Virus record (IMG/VR): IMGVR_UViG_3300037249_001405
Location: 128,001 to 192,000 of that record
Source: a virus
Taxonomy: Duplodnaviria > Caudoviricetes
Strand: one strand, 5' to 3'
DNA length: 64,000 nt
The notes beneath the pieces were generated by a model. The model did no database searches and was not told the origin of the DNA. It worked only from the letters and a program-made list of their open reading frames with translations. Shown piece by piece: positions 62,790-64,000 of this stretch (positions within the stretch are counted from its first letter, which is position 1; each line of letters opens with the position of its first letter). Both the position numbers and the translations under genes were made by a program.

Positions 62790-63270
62790 TATTATACGAA
62801 ACAGATTCAAAATGAGAAAACAAATTCAATTTAGTGATGTAGAAGAGAGAAGTTTCTATTTCTACAACTCTGATATTCTCAGTAAACTTAGCAAGGTTTA
62901 TAAGCTGGAGTTGAGTGAAGATCAGGTGAAATCTCTATGTCGTGGAATAAATTACACTTCTACTTTGGTAGAGAATCATGAGGGTAATTTTTACCTTGTT
63001 CAATTCTCTGATGAATATCTTAAGAAGAACGGAATAGGTACGAGGAGCACAGATTGTTGTTACTATCAAACAGACGATGAAAGTAGCACTAATTATATTG
63101 ATCCGAAATCAGAATGGAGTGATTATGTTAAGGAGTATCTTAAATACGAAGATTTCGGATATAATGAATTGATCTCAAAAAGTATATCTGAACATAATCA
63201 AATCTGGTTTATTAGCTCTAATACTATGAGAAAATTAAAGTTCAATAAAGAATTTAAATTAGACGAGTAA
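62782..63270 (+). CDS. tandem paralogue family protein 4
   Basis: DILSKLSKVYKL. Confidence 0.8.
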   Translation: MSNIIRNRFKMRKQIQFSDVEERSFYFYNSDILSKLSKVYKLELSEDQVKSLCRGINYTSTLVENHEGNFYLVQFSDEYLKKNGIGTRSTDCCYYQTDDESSTNYIDPKSEWSDYVKEYLKYEDFGYNELISKSISEHNQIWFISSNTMRKLKFNKEFKLDE

Positions 63271-63271
63271 A

Positions 63272-63754
63272 ATGGCAAGAGAAAAATTAAACTTTGAATC
63301 GTACGGTGATACGATTCTTCTTGAACATGAGGAGTTAATTACTTCAAATGTTTCTGAAGTATACAAACTTTCTCTCCCAGAGGAGAAAAAACGAAAAATA
63401 GTTGAAAAATACATAGAAAGTTTGCACATACTTTGTGAATATCATTCAGGGATTGTTGAATCTTATATGAATTTTTCAGACTTATACTTAATAAAGTATA
63501 ATGAAAAATTCATTGAAAAGGAGAAAGAAAAGTCCAGGTGGTATATGTACCCAGCCTATCTCATTGGTGATGACTGTCTCGAGGATAGTATTCGCAGCAT
63601 GAGTTTCGTTAAAAATTGGAGTGATTGCCTCGAAGAATTACTCGAACGTGAGGGAATTTGCGATGATAGGGGAAGTTTGATTTCTAAGTCTAATAACCTA
63701 AAAAATCAGATTTGGTTACTTCCACGAGAGATGATGATTTTTGAAGAGGAATAA
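63272..63754 (+). CDS. tandem paralogue family protein 5
   Basis: ELITSNVSEVYKL. Confidence 0.8.
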   Translation: MAREKLNFESYGDTILLEHEELITSNVSEVYKLSLPEEKKRKIVEKYIESLHILCEYHSGIVESYMNFSDLYLIKYNEKFIEKEKEKSRWYMYPAYLIGDDCLEDSIRSMSFVKNWSDCLEELLEREGICDDRGSLISKSNNLKNQIWLLPREMMIFEEE

Positions 63755-63762
63755 ACGATAAA

Positions 63763-64000
63763 ATGAAAAAGATAATTTTCGAAATTGATGATGAGCCTTC
63801 TGTTTTAATTTTTAAAGGCAGTGAAATTATTACAAAGGCTTGTGATGTTTACATCCCCTCTTTAACAGAGGAGCAAAAAGCTAAACATTATCTTCGTTGG
63901 CTTAACAGCGAGGGTGCTATTTATAATCCAAAGACTATAGAAGAGTTGGATGAGGATGATAGAGAATTCTATGAAGAATCTAATTTCTACGTTTTTAGAA
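63763..64000 (+). CDS. tandem paralogue family protein 6 (partial)
   Basis: MKKIIFEID...EIITKACDVYIP, open to window end. Confidence 0.7.
   Translation, partial: MKKIIFEIDDEPSVLIFKGSEIITKACDVYIPSLTEEQKAKHYLRWLNSEGAIYNPKTIEELDEDDREFYEESNFYVFR

Overview
AT-rich, gene-dense segment of a large (jumbo-type) dsDNA phage genome in the standard genetic code. Starts are A-rich with no Shine-Dalgarno motif, suggesting a Bacteroidota host (inference). It contains a replication/repair block (topoisomerase II A subunit, SSB-like protein, 5'-3' exonuclease, SWIM protein, single-chain Mre11-Rad50 fusion, NAD+ ligase). It also encodes an SF2 helicase, RNA-repair enzymes (RtcB, Pnk-type kinase, metallophosphoesterase), a truncated Rho homologue, an AcrIII-1/DUF1874 ring nuclease, and many unknown genes in paralogue families. 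The most striking features are non-coding. (1) A circularly permuted tRNA(GAA)-like gene, opened in the D-loop and clamped by a 17-bp terminal helix, lies downstream of the acrIII-1 gene in a genome that encodes RtcB. (2) A ~0.9 kb highly structured ncRNA has its own promoter and terminator and an embedded permuted tRNA-like domain. (3) Two further candidate structured RNAs and a degenerate tRNA are present. (4) About 14 transcription units share a promoter + hairpin + U-tract + UUUUUC(A/U)NGAU leader, which looks like a genome-wide attenuation regulon. All assignments come from reading motifs and base pairing by eye; no database search or folding program was run.
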